From the human T2T-CHM13v2.0 reference genome, Homo sapiens, in the NCBI RefSeq assembly GCF_009914755.1, contig NC_060940.1: 64,000 nt of DNA; one strand, given 5' to 3'. A model generated the notes under the pieces. The model saw nothing but the letters and a program-made list of their open reading frames with translations. It ran no database searches and was not told where the DNA came from. Of the stretch, positions 30,211 to 44,031 are shown one piece after another; the first letter of the stretch is position 1, and the number at the start of each line of letters is the position of its first letter. The translations under genes were made by a program, and so were the position numbers.

Positions 30211-33090
30211 CGATGATTCCATTCGATTTCATTCAACGATGATTTGATTCGTGTCCATTCGATGATTCCATTTGATTCCACTTGATGATGATTCCATTCG
30301 AGTCCATTTGATGATTCCATTCAATTCCATTCTCCGATGACTTCTTTTGAGCCCATTCAATGCTTCCACTCGATTCCATATGATGATGACTCCATTCGAT
30401 GAAATTCGATGATGATTCCATTCGCTTGCATTCGATGATGATTCCACTTGAGTCCACTAGAAGATTCTATTCAATTACATTCCAAGACGATTCCGTTCGA
30501 GTCCATTTGATGATTCCATTAGACTCCATTCGACGATGATTCCATTCGAGGTTATTCGATGATTCCATTCGATCTCATTCGATGATGATTCCATTCAACT
30601 CCATTCGATGTTTCCATTCGAGTTCATTCTATTATTCCATTAGATTCCATTCGATGATGATTCCATTCGATTCCATTTGATGATTGCATTCTATTTCATT
30701 TGATGATGATTCCATTCGAGTCCACTCGATGATTCCATTCGAGTCCACTCGATGATTCCATTCGAGTCCATTTAATGAATATATTGGTTTCAATTCTATG
30801 ATGATTACATTGGATTACATTCGTTGATGATTTCATTCGGTTCCATTCAATGATGATTCCATTCAATTCCTTTCAATGTTTCCATTCAATTCCATACGAT
30901 GATGATTCCATTTGATTTGATTTGACAGTGGGCCATTCGATTCAATTCCATGATGATTCTATTTGATTCAATTGGTTGACATTTCCATTCGATTCCATTC
31001 GATGATGATTCCCTTTGATTCCGTTCAAAGATGATTCCATTCTAGCCCATTCAATCATTCCATTCGATTCTATTCAATGATGATTCCATTCATGTCGATT
31101 TGGTGATTCCATTTGACTTCATTTGATGATGATTCCTTTCAAGTTCATTAGATGATTCCATTCGATTCCATTTGATGATGATCCCATTCGAGTCCATTCA
31201 GTGATTCCACTCGTTTCCATTCCATGATGATTCCATTCCATTCCATTCAATGATTCCATTCGATTCCGTTTGATGATGATTTCATTCGAGTCCATTTGAT
31301 GATTCCATTTCATTCCATTCGATGATGATTCCATTCGAGTCCATTTGATGATTCTATTCGAATCCATTTGATGATTTCTTTTGATTATAGTTGGTGATGA
31401 TTCCATTGGAGTCCATTCAATGATTCCATTCTATTCCAATCGATGATGATTCCATTAGAGTCCATTTAATGATTCCATTTGATTCCAGTCTCTGATGATT
31501 ACATTCGAGTCCATACGATGATTCCACTCAATTCCATATGATGATGATTCCATTCGATTCCATTCGATGATTCCATTCTATTCTATTCAATGGTGATTCC
31601 ATTCGATTCCATTCAATGATGATTCTATTTGTGTCCCTTAGATGATTCCACATGATTCCATTAGATGATGATACTATTTGAGCCCATCCAATGATTCCCT
31701 TCGATTCCATTCGATGAGGATTCCATTCGATTCAGTTCATTGGTGATTCTATTCAATTCAATTCTTTGATTCCATTCCATTCCATTCGACAATGATTCCA
31801 TTCGATTTCTTTCGATGATTCCACTCGATTCCACTTGACATTGATTCCCTTCGATTCCATTCAATGATTCCATTTGATTCCAGTGGATGATGATTGCCAT
31901 CGATTCCATTCGATCACTCCATTCTATTCCATTTGATGATGATTACATTCGATTCCATTTGACGATTCCATCTGATTCTATTCGAGGATTCCATTTGATT
32001 CCATTCGATGATGATTCCATTCGAGTCCATTCGATGATTTCATTCGAGTACATCCAATGATTCCATTCGAGTCCATTTGATGATTCCATTTGATTCCATT
32101 TGATAATGATTCTACTAGAGGCCATTCAATGACTCCATTGGAGTCCATTCAACAATTCCATTCGACTCCATTTGATGATTCCATTCGATTCCATTTGATG
32201 ATTCCATTCGAGTCCATTTAATCATTACAGTCGAGTCCATTTGGTGATTCCACCGGATTTCTTTTGATAATGATACCATTCAATTACATTTGATGATGAT
32301 CCCATTCAATTTCATTTGATGGTGATTCCATTAGAGTCCATTCGATGATTTCATTCGAGTCCCTTCATTGATTCCATCCGATTTCATTGGATGATGACTC
32401 CATTCGAGTCCATTCGATGATTCCACTCGATTCCATTAGATGATTCCATTGGAGTCCATTTGATTGTTCCATTCGATTCCATTCGATTTCTTTCGAAGAT
32501 TATTCCATTTGAGTCCATTCGATGATGATTCCATTTCATTCCATTCGATGATTCCGTTTGATTCCATTCGATGATTCCCTTCGATTCCTTTCTTTGATGA
32601 TTCCATTCCATTCCATTCAATGATTCCATTCGAATCTATTCCATGATGATTCCTTTCGATTCCATTCGCTGATGTTTCCTTTCAATTCCATTCGATGATG
32701 ATTCCATTCGATTCCATTCATTGAGGATTCCATTTGATTCCATTCAATGATGATTCCGTTCTATTCCATTCAATGATTGCATTCAATTCCATTCAATGAT
32801 TATCCCCTTAGAGTAAACTCAACGATTCCATTCAATACCATTCGATGGTGTTTCCTTTTGAGTCCATTCAATGATTTCATTCAAGTCCATTTGATGATTC
32901 CTTTCAATTCCATTCTATGATGATTCCATTCGAGTCCATTCGATGATTCCATTCGATTGCATTCGATGATTCCATTATATTCCAGTCAACGATGATTCCA
33001 TTCGAGTCCATTCCATGATTCCATTAGAGTACATTTAATGATTGCTTTGTTTTCAATTCGAAGATGATTACATTGGATTCCATTCTATGA
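30211..33090 (+). repeat. Diverged repeat of ~26580-29460 (3632-bp offset); transition between HOR domains
   Basis: ORF offsets 26815->30447, 28029->31661 and 28752->32384 are all 3632. Confidence 0.85.
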
Positions 33091-34139
33091 TACCATTCGA
33101 TTCCATTCAATGATGATTCCACTCAAATCCATTGGATGATTCCATTCGTGTCCATTCGGTGATTTCATTAGATTCCATTCGAGGATGATTCCATTCGATT
33201 CCATTCGATGATTCCATTCAATTCCATTCGATGATGATTCCATTCCAGTCCATATGATCATTCCATTTGATTTCATTCGATGATGATTCCATTCGATTCC
33301 ATTCGATGATTCCATTCTATTCCATTCGATGATGATTCCATTCGAGTCCATTCGATGATTCCATTCGAGTCCATTTAATGATTCCATTGGGTTCAATTCA
33401 ATGATGATTACATTGGATTCCGTTCTATGATTCCATTCAATTCCTTTCATTGACAATTTGATTCCATTCGATGATGATTCAATTTGAGTTCATTCGATGA
33501 TTCTATTCGATTCTCTTCGATGGTGATTCAATTCTATTATATTGGATGATTCCATTCGATTCCATTTGATGTTGATTCAATTCGATTCTATTCGATGATG
33601 ATTCCATTGGATTTCACTTGATGATTCTATTCGATTCCATTCAATGATGATTCACTTCTCGTCCATTGGATGATTCCATTTCATTCCATTCGATGATGAT
33701 TTCCTTCGATTCCATGCGACGGTGAGCAATTCGATTCAATTCCATGATGATTCTATTTGATTCAATTAGATGATGTTTCCATTCGAATCCATTCCATGAT
33801 TATTCCATTGGAATCCATTTGGCGATGATTCCATATGAGTCAATTCAATGATGATTCCATATGGGTCCGTTCGATGATAATTCCATTTGATTTCATTCAA
33901 TGCTTCTATTCTATTCCAGTCAATGATGATTCCGTTGGAGTCCATACGATGATTCCATTTGATTTCATTTGATGATGATTCCATTCGATGATGATTACAT
34001 TGGATTCCATTCTATGATTCCATTCAATTCCATTCGTTGATGATTCGATTCCATTCAATGATGATTCCATTTGAGTTCATTCGATGATTCTATTTGATTC
34101 CGTTCGATGGTGATTCAATTCTATTATATTGGATGATTC

Positions 34140-37100
34140 CACTCGATTCCATTTGATGATTATTCCATTGGAGTCCACTTAGTGAATCCTTTAGATTCTA
34201 CTCGAAGATGATTCCATTCGAGTCCATTCAATGATACCATTCAATTTCATTCGTTGATGCTTCCATTCAAGTGCATTCGATGATATCATTCGATTCCATT
34301 TGATGATAATTCCATTTGATTCCATGCGATGATTCTATTCGATTCCATTCAATGATAATTCCATTCAATTCAGTGATTCCTCTGGACTCCATTTGATGAT
34401 GATACCATTCAATGATTCCATTCGATTCTATTCCAAAATGATTCCATTTGAATCCATTTGATGATGATTCCATTAGATTCCATTTGATGATTCCATTCGA
34501 TTGCATTTGACGATGATTCCATTCGATTCCATTTGATGATTCCATTCTATTCTATTCGATGATGATTCCATTCGATTCCATTTGATGATGATTGGATTCG
34601 ATTCCATTTGATGATTTCATTTGATTCCATTCGTTAATGATTTCGATCAACTCCATTCGATGATTCCATTTGATTCCATTCGATAATGATTACATCCGAG
34701 TCCATTCGATGATTCCATTTGAGCCCGTTCGATAATTCCATTTGAGTCCAATCAATGATTCCATTCATTTCCATTCAATGATTCCATTCGAGTCCATTTG
34801 ATCATTCTGGTAGGGTCCGTTCGATGTTGATTCCATTGGAGTGCATTCGATGATTCCATTCGAGTCCATTTTATGATTTGATTCGAGTCCTTTCGATGAT
34901 TCCATTCGATTCCACTCGATGATGATTTCATTCGAGTCCATTCGACACTTCCAATCGATTCCATTTGATGTTTCCATTCGAGTCCAATTGATGATTCCAT
35001 TCAATTCCATTCGATGATGATTCCGTACGATTCCATTCTGTGATGATTCCATGTGATTGCATTCAATGATGATTCCTTTCGACTGCATTTGATTATGATT
35101 CATTTCGTGTTCATTCTATGGTTCCACAGGTTTCCATTCGATGACGTTTCCGTTCGTGTCCATTCCATTATTCCATTCTATTTCATTTGATGATGATTCC
35201 ATTCGATTCCATTCATTGGTGATTCCACTCAATTCCATTCAATGATTCCATTCCATTTCTTTCAACAATGATTCCATTACTTTCTATTCGATGATCCACT
35301 TGATTCCATTTGGCGATGATTCCATTCGTGTCCATTCGATGATTCCATTTGATTCCATATGATGATGATTCCATTCGATTCCATACCATGATGATTCCAT
35401 TCGAGTCCATTCAATGGTGATTCCATTCAATTCCATTCGATGATTCCTTCCGATTCCATTCGATGATGATGGCATTCGATTCCTTTCAATCATTCCCTTT
35501 GATTCCATTCAAAGGTGATTTCATTCAAGTCCATTCGATAATTGCATTCGATTCCATTCTATGATGATTCCATTCGAGTCCATTTGATGATTCCATTCAA
35601 TTCAAGTCAATGATGATTCCATTTAATTCCACTCGATGATTCCATTGGATTCAATTCGATGATGATTCCATTCAAATCCATTCGATAATTCAATTCAAGT
35701 CCATTCGATGATGATTCCAATCGAATCCATTCAAAGATTCCATTCAATTCCATTCGATGATGATTCCCTTAGATTCCATTCGATGATTCCACTTGATTCC
35801 ATTTACGATGATTCCATTCGATTCCATGTGATGAATCCATTCAATTCTATTCAATGATGTTTCCATTTGATTCCATTGGACCATGATTGCCTTTGATTCC
35901 ATTCAATGATTCCATTCCGTTCCATTTGATGATGATTCCGTTCGATTCCATTTCATTATTCCATTTGATTCCATTGGATGAGTCCATTCGATTACATTCG
36001 ATGATTATTCCATTCGAGTGCATTAGATGATTGCATTCGAGTCCATTCGATGATTCCATTCGATTCCATTCGATGTTGATTCTGTTCAAATCCATTCGAT
36101 GATTCCACTCGATTCCATTCGATGACTCCATTTGATCCCATTCGATGATTTCCTGTGATTCCCTTTGATGATCATTCTATTTGATTCAATTCGGTGATTT
36201 CATTTCATTCCATTCAGTGATGTTTCCATTCGACTGTATTCGATGATGATTCCATTCGACTCCATTCGATTATGATTTCATTCAATTCCATTCAATAATG
36301 ATTCCCTTCGAGTCAATTCGATGATTCCATTCGATTCCATTCAACGATGATTTGATTCGTTTCCATTCGATGATTCCATTTGATTCCACTTGATGATGAT
36401 TCCATTCGAGTCCATTTGATGATTCCATTCGAGTCTATTTATGTATTATATTCGTGTCCACTTCATGATTCCATTCAATTCCATTTAATGTTGATTCCAT
36501 TTGATTCCATTTGATGATTCAGTTCGATTCCTTGCAATGATTCCCTACGATTCCTTTCTCTGATGATTCCATTCGATTCCATTCATTGATGATTTCATTC
36601 GACTCCATTCGATGATGATTCCTTTCGATTCCATTTGACGATGTTTCCATTCGAGTCCATTCGATGATGATTCTATTCAATTCTGTTCTATTATGATTCC
36701 ATTCGATTTCATTCAATGCTTCTATTTGATTCCATTCGATGATGATTCCATCTCTTTCCCTTCGATGATTCCATTTGATTCCATTCAGTGATGATTCCAT
36801 TTGATTCCATCTGATGATGATTTCACTTGATTCCTTTCAATGATGATTCAATTCAAGTCCATTCGATGATTCCATTGGAGTCCAAACGATCATTCCGTTC
36901 GATTCCATTCAATGGTGATTCCATTCATGTCCATTCGATGAATCCATTCAATTCCATTCGATGATGACTCCATTCGAGTACATTCGATGATTCCATTTGA
37001 TTCCATTTGAAGATGATTCCATTCAATTCCATTCGAAGATGATTCCATTCAATTCCATTCGATGATGATTCCGTATGAATCCATTCTCTGATTATTCCAT

Positions 37101-40100
37101 TCGATTCCATTCATTGACGATTCCATTCAATTCCATTCAATGATGATTCTCTTCTATTCCATTCGATGATTCCGGTCGATTCCATTCGATGATGATTCCA
37201 TTAGATTCCATTCGATTGTTGCATTCGATTCCCTTCGATGATGATTCCTTTGAATTCCATTCGATTATCATTCCGTATGAATCCATTTGATGATTATTCC
37301 ATTGGATTCCTTTCGATGATGATTCCATTCGATTCCATTTGATGATGTTTCTCTTGTATTCCATTGGATAATTCCTTTCAGTTCCCTTCGATGATTATTC
37401 TTTCGAGTCAATTCGATGATTCTATTCCATTCCCTTCGATGATGATTCCATTTCACTCCATTTGATGATTCCATTCGACTCAATTTGGGGATGATTCAAT
37501 TCGATGACATTCGATGACTCCATTCAATTTCATTTGATGATGATTACATTCGAGTCCATTTGATGATTGTATTCCTTTCCTTTTGATGATTATTCCATTC
37601 GTGTCTATTCAAAGGTTCCATTCTATTCCATTCAATGATGATTGCATTTGATTCCATTCAATGATTATGGCTATCGATTCCACTCGTTGATTCCATTTGA
37701 TTCCGTTCGATGATTATTCCGTTAGATTCCATTAGAAGATTCCATTCGATTTTATTCAATGATTCCAATGGATTCCATTCAATGATGATTCCATTCGACT
37801 CCATTCAGTGATTCCATTCGAGTCCATTTGATGATTCCATTCTTTTCCATTTGATGATGATTCCATTAGGGTCCATTCAATGATTCCATTCGAGTCCATT
37901 CGTTAATGCCTTTCGAGTCCTTTTGATCACTACATTCGAGTCCATTCAATGATTCTATTCGATTCCATTCCATGATGATTCCATTCGAGTTCATTCGATG
38001 ATTGCATTCGAGTCCATTTGATGATTCCATATGATTCCATTCGACAATGATTCCATTCGTGTCCATTTGATGATTCCATTCATTTCCTATCGATGAAGAT
38101 TCCATTCAAGTGTATTCGATGATTCCATTCAAATCCATTCGATGATGATTCCATTCCAGTCCATTCGATCATTCCACTTGATTCCATTTGATGACTATTC
38201 CATTCAAATCCATTTGATGATTCCATTCGATTCCATTCGATGTTACCATTCGAGTATATACGATGATTCCACTCGATTCCATTTGATGATTATTCCATTG
38301 GAGTCCACTTAGTGAATCCTTTAGATTCTACTGGAAGATGATTCCATTCGAGTCCATTCGATGATACCATTCAATTCCATTCGTTGATGCTTCCATTCAA
38401 GTGCATTCGATGATATCATTCGATTCCATTTGATGATAATTCCATTTGATTCCATGTGATGATTCTATTCCATTCCATTCAATGATAATTCCATTCAATT
38501 CAGTGATTCCTCTGGACTCCATTTGATGATGATTCCATTCAATGATTCCATTCGATTATATTCGAAAATGATTCCATTTGAATCCATTTGATGATGATTC
38601 CATTGGATTCCATTTGATGATTCCATTCGATTCCATTCGATGATGATTCCATTCGATTCCTTTTGATGAATCCATTCTATTGTATTCGATGATGATTCCA
38701 TTCGATTCCATTCGATGATGATTGGATTCGATTCCATTTGATGATTTCATTTGATTCCATTCGATAAGGATTTCGATCAATTCCATTCAATGATTCCATT
38801 CGATTCCATTCGATAATGATTACATCCGAGTCCATTCGATGATTCCATTTGAGCCCGTTCGATAATTCCATTTGAGTCCAATCAATGATTCCATTCATTT
38901 CCATTCAATGATTCCATTCGAGTCCATTTGATCATTCCGGTAGGGTCCGTTCGATGTTGATTCCATTGGAGTGCATTCGATGATTCCATTCGAGTCCATT
39001 TTATGATTTGATTCGAGTCCTTTCGATGATTCCATTCGATTCCACTCGATGATTTCATTCGAGTCCATTCGACACTTCCAATCGATTCCATTTGATGTTT
39101 CCATTCGATTCCAATTGATGATTCCATTCAATTCCATTCGATGATGATTCCGTACGATTCCATTCTGTGATGATTCCATGTGATTGCATTCAATGATGAT
39201 TCCTTTCGATTGCATTCGATTATGATTCATTTCGTGTTCATTCTATGGTTCCACAGGTTTCCATTCGATGATGTTTCCATTCGTGTCCATTCCATTATTC
39301 CATTCTATTCCATTTGAAGATGATTCCATTCGATTCCATTCATTGGTGATTCCACTCAATTCCATTCAATGATTCCATTCCATTTCTTTCAACAATGATT
39401 CCATTAGTTTCTATTCGATGATCCACTTGATTCCATTTGACGATGATTCCATTCGTGTCCATTCGATGATTCCATTTGATTCCATATGATGATGATTCCA
39501 TTCGATTCCATACGATGATGATTCCATTCGAGTCCATTCAATGGTGATTCCATTCAATTCCATTCGATGATTCCTTTCGATTCCATTCAATGATGATGGC
39601 ATTCGATTCCTTTCGATCATTCCCTTTGATTCCATTCAAAGGTGATTTCATTCAAGTCCATTCGATAATTGCATTCGATTCCATTCTATGATGATTCCAT
39701 TCGAGTCCATTTGATGATTCCATTCAATTCAAGTCAATGATGATTCCATTCGATTCCACTCGATGATTCCATTGGATTCCATTCGATGATGATTCCATTC
39801 AAATCCATTCGATAATTCAATTCAAGTCCATTCGATGATGATTCCAATCGAATCCATTCAAAGATTCCACTCAATTCCATTCGATGATGATTCCCTTAGA
39901 TTCCATTCGATGATTCCACTTGATTCCATTTACGATGATTCCATTCGATTCCATGTGATGATTCCATTCAATTCTATTCAATGATGTTTCCACTTGATTC
40001 CATTCGAACATGATTGCCTTTGATTCCATTCAATGATTCCATACGGTTCCATTTGATGATGATTCCATTCGAGTCCATTCGATGATTCCATTAGAGTACA

Positions 40101-43100
40101 TTTAATGATTGCTTTGTTTTCAATTCGAAGATGATTACATTGGATTCCATTCTATGATACCATTCGATTCCATTCAAAGATGATTCCACTCAAATCCATT
40201 GGATGATTCCATTCGTGTCCATTCGGTGATTTCATTAGATTCCATTCGAGGATGATTCCATTCGATTCCATTCGATGATTCCATTCAATTCCATTCGATG
40301 ATGATTCCATTCCAGTCCATATGATCATTCCATTTGATTTCATTCGATGATGATTCCATTCGATTCCATTCGATGATTCCATTCAATTCCATTCTCCGAT
40401 GATTTCTTTTGAGCCCATTCAATGCTTCCACTCGATTCCATATGATGATGACTCCATTTGATGAAATTCCATGATGATTCCATTCGCTTGCATTCGATGA
40501 TGATTCCACTTGAGTCCGTTAGAAGATTCTATTCAATTACATTCCATGACGATTCTGTTCGAGTCCATTTGATGATTCCATTAGACTCCATTCGACGATG
40601 ATTCCATTCGATGTTATTCGATGATGATTCCATTCAAGTCCATTCGATGTTTCCATTCGAGTTCATTCTATTATTCCATTAGATTCCATTCGATGATGAT
40701 TCCATTCGATTCCATTTGATGATTGCATTCTATTTCATTTGATGATGATTCCATTCGAGTCCATTCGATGATTCCATTCGAGTCCCTTTAATGAATCCAT
40801 TGGTTTCAATTCTATGATGATTACATTGGATTCCATACGTTGATGATTTCATTCGATTCCATTCAATGATGATTCCATTCAATTCCATTCAATGATTCCA
40901 TTCAATTCCATACGATGATGATTCCATTTGATTTGATTCGACAGTGAGCCATTCGATTCAATTCCATGATGATTCTATTTGATTCAATTGGTTGACATTT
41001 CCATTCGATTCCATTCGATGATGATTCCATTTGATTCCATTCAAAGATGATTCCATTCTAGCCCATTCAATCATTCCATTCGATTCTATTCAATGATGAT
41101 TCCATTCATGTCGATTTGGTGATTCCATTTGACTTCATTTGATGATGATTCCTTTCAAGTTCATTAGATGATTCCATTCGATTCCATTTGATGATGATCC
41201 CATTCGAGTCCATTCAGTGATTCCACTCGTTTCCATTCCATGATGATTCCATTCCATTCCATTCAATGATTCCATTCGATTCCGTTTGATGATGATTTCA
41301 TTCGAGTCCATTTGATGATTCCATTTGATTCCATTCGATGATGATTACATTCGAGTCCATACGATGATTCCACTCAATTCCATATGATGATGATTCCATT
41401 CGATTCCATTCGATGATTCCATTCTATTCTATTCAATGGTGATTCCCTTCGAGTACATTAGATGATTCCATTCGATTCCATTCAATGATGATTCTATTTG
41501 TGTCCCTTAGATGGTTCCACATGATTCCATTTCATGATGATACTATTTGAGCCCATCCAATGATTCCCTTCGATTCCATTCGATGAGGATTCCATTCGAT
41601 TCAATTCATTGGTGATTCTATTCAATTCAATTCTTTGATTCCATTCCATTCCATTCGACAATGATTCCATTCGATTTCTTTCGATGATTCCACTCGATTC
41701 CACTTGACATTGATTCCCTTCGATTCCATTCAATGATTCCATTTGATTCCAGTGGATGATGATTGCCATCGATTCCATTCGATCACTCCATTCTATTCCA
41801 TTTGATGATGATTACATTCGATTCCATTTGACGATTCCATCTGATTCTATTCGAGGATTCCATTTGATTCCATTCGATGATGATTCCCTTCGAGTCCATT
41901 CGATGATTTCATTCGAGTACATCCAATGATTCCATTCGAGTCCATTTGATGATTCCATTTGATTCCATTTGATAATGATTCTACTAGAGTCCATTCAATG
42001 ACTCCATTGGAGTCCATTCAACAATTCCATTCGACTCCATTTGATGATTCCATTCGATTCCATTTGATGATTCCATTCGAGTCCATTTAATCATTACAGT
42101 CGAGTCCATTTGGTGATTCCACCGGATTTCCTTTGATAATGATACCATTCAATTACATTTGATGATGATCCCATTCAATTTCATTTGATGGTGATTCCAT
42201 TAGAGTCCATTCGATGATTTCATTCGAGTCCCTTCATTGATTCCATCTGATTTCATTGGATGATGACTCCATTCGAGTCCATTCGATGATTCCACTCGAT
42301 TCCATTAGATGATTCCATTGGAGTCCATTTGATTGTTCCATTCGATTCCATTCGATTCCTTTCGAAGATTATTCCATTTGAGTCCATTCGATGATGATTC
42401 CATTCCATTCCATTCGATGATTCCGTTTGATTCCATTCGATGATTCCCTTCGATTCCTTTCTTTGATGATTCCATTCCATTCCATTCAATGATTCCATTC
42501 GAATCTATTCCATGATGATTCCTTTCGATTCCATTCGCTGATGTTTCCGTTCAATTCCATTCGATGATGATTCCATTCGATTCCATTCATTGAGGATTCC
42601 ATTTGATTCCATTCAATGATGATTCCGTTCTATTCCATTCAATGATTGCATTCAATTCCATTCAATGATTATCCCCTTAGAGTAAACTCAACGATTCCAT
42701 TCAATACCATTCGATGATGATTCCTTTTGAGTCCATTCAATGATTTCATTCAAGTCCACTTGATGATTCCTTTCAATTCCATTCTATGATGATTCCATTC
42801 GAGTCCATTCGATGATTCCATTCGATTGCATTCGATGATTCCATTATATTCCAGTCAACGATGATTCCATTCGAGTCCATTCGATGATTCCATTAGAGTA
42901 CATTTAATGATTGCTTTGTTTTCAATTCGAAGATGATTACATTGGATTCCATTCTATGATACCATTCGATTCCATTCAATGATGATTCCACTCAAATCCA
43001 TTGGATGATTCCATTCGTGTCCATTCGGTGATTTCATTAGATTCCATTCGAGGATGATTCCATTCGATTCCATTCGATGATTCCATTCAATTCCATTCGA

Positions 43101-44031
43101 TTATGATTCCATTCCAGTCCATATGATCATTCCATTTGATTTCATTCGATGATGATTCCATTCGATTCCATTCGATGATTCCATTCTATTCCATTCGATG
43201 ATGATTCCATTCGAGTCCATTCGATGATTCCATTCGAGTCCATTTAATGATTCCATTGGGTTCAATTCAATGATGATTACATTGGATTCCGTTCTATGAT
43301 TCCATTCAATTCCGTTCATTGACAATTTGATTCCATTCGATGATGATTCCATTTGAGTTCATTCGATGATTCTATTCGATTCTCTTCGATGGTGATTCAA
43401 TTCTATTATATTGGATGATTCCATTCGATTCCATTTGATGTTGATTCAATTCGATTCTATTCGATGATGATTCCATTGGATTTCACTTGATGATTCTATT
43501 CGATTCCATTCAATGATGATTCACTTCTCGTCCATTGGATGATTCCATTTCATTCCATTCGATGATGATTCCATTCGATTCCATTCGATGATTCCATTTG
43601 ATTCCATGTGACGGTGAGCAATTCGATTCAATTCCATGATGATTCTATTTGATTCAATTAGATGATGTTTCCATTCGAATCCATTCCATGATTATTCCAT
43701 TGGAATCCATTTGGCGATGATTCCATATGAGTCAATTCAATGATGATTCCATATGGGTCCGTTCGATGATAATTCCATTTGATTTCATTCAATGCTTCTA
43801 TTCTATTCCAGTCGATGATGATTCCGTTGGAGTCCATACGATGATTCCATTTGATTTCATTTGATGATGATTCCATTCGATGATGATTACATTGGATTCC
43901 ATTCTATGATTCCATTCAATTCCATTCGTTGATGATTCGATTCCATTCAATGATGATTCCATTTGAGTTCATTCGATGATTCTATTCGATTCCGTTCGAT
44001 GGTGATTCAATTCTATTATATTGGATGATTC
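34140..44031 (+). repeat. ~9.9-kb higher-order repeat, copy X (9892 bp)
   Basis: ORF offsets 33766->43658, 34267->44159, 35847->45739 and 37866->47758 are all 9892. The boundary is placed at the family-specific junction TATTATATTGGATGATTCCACTC...GGAGTCCACTTAGTGAATCC. Confidence 0.88.
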
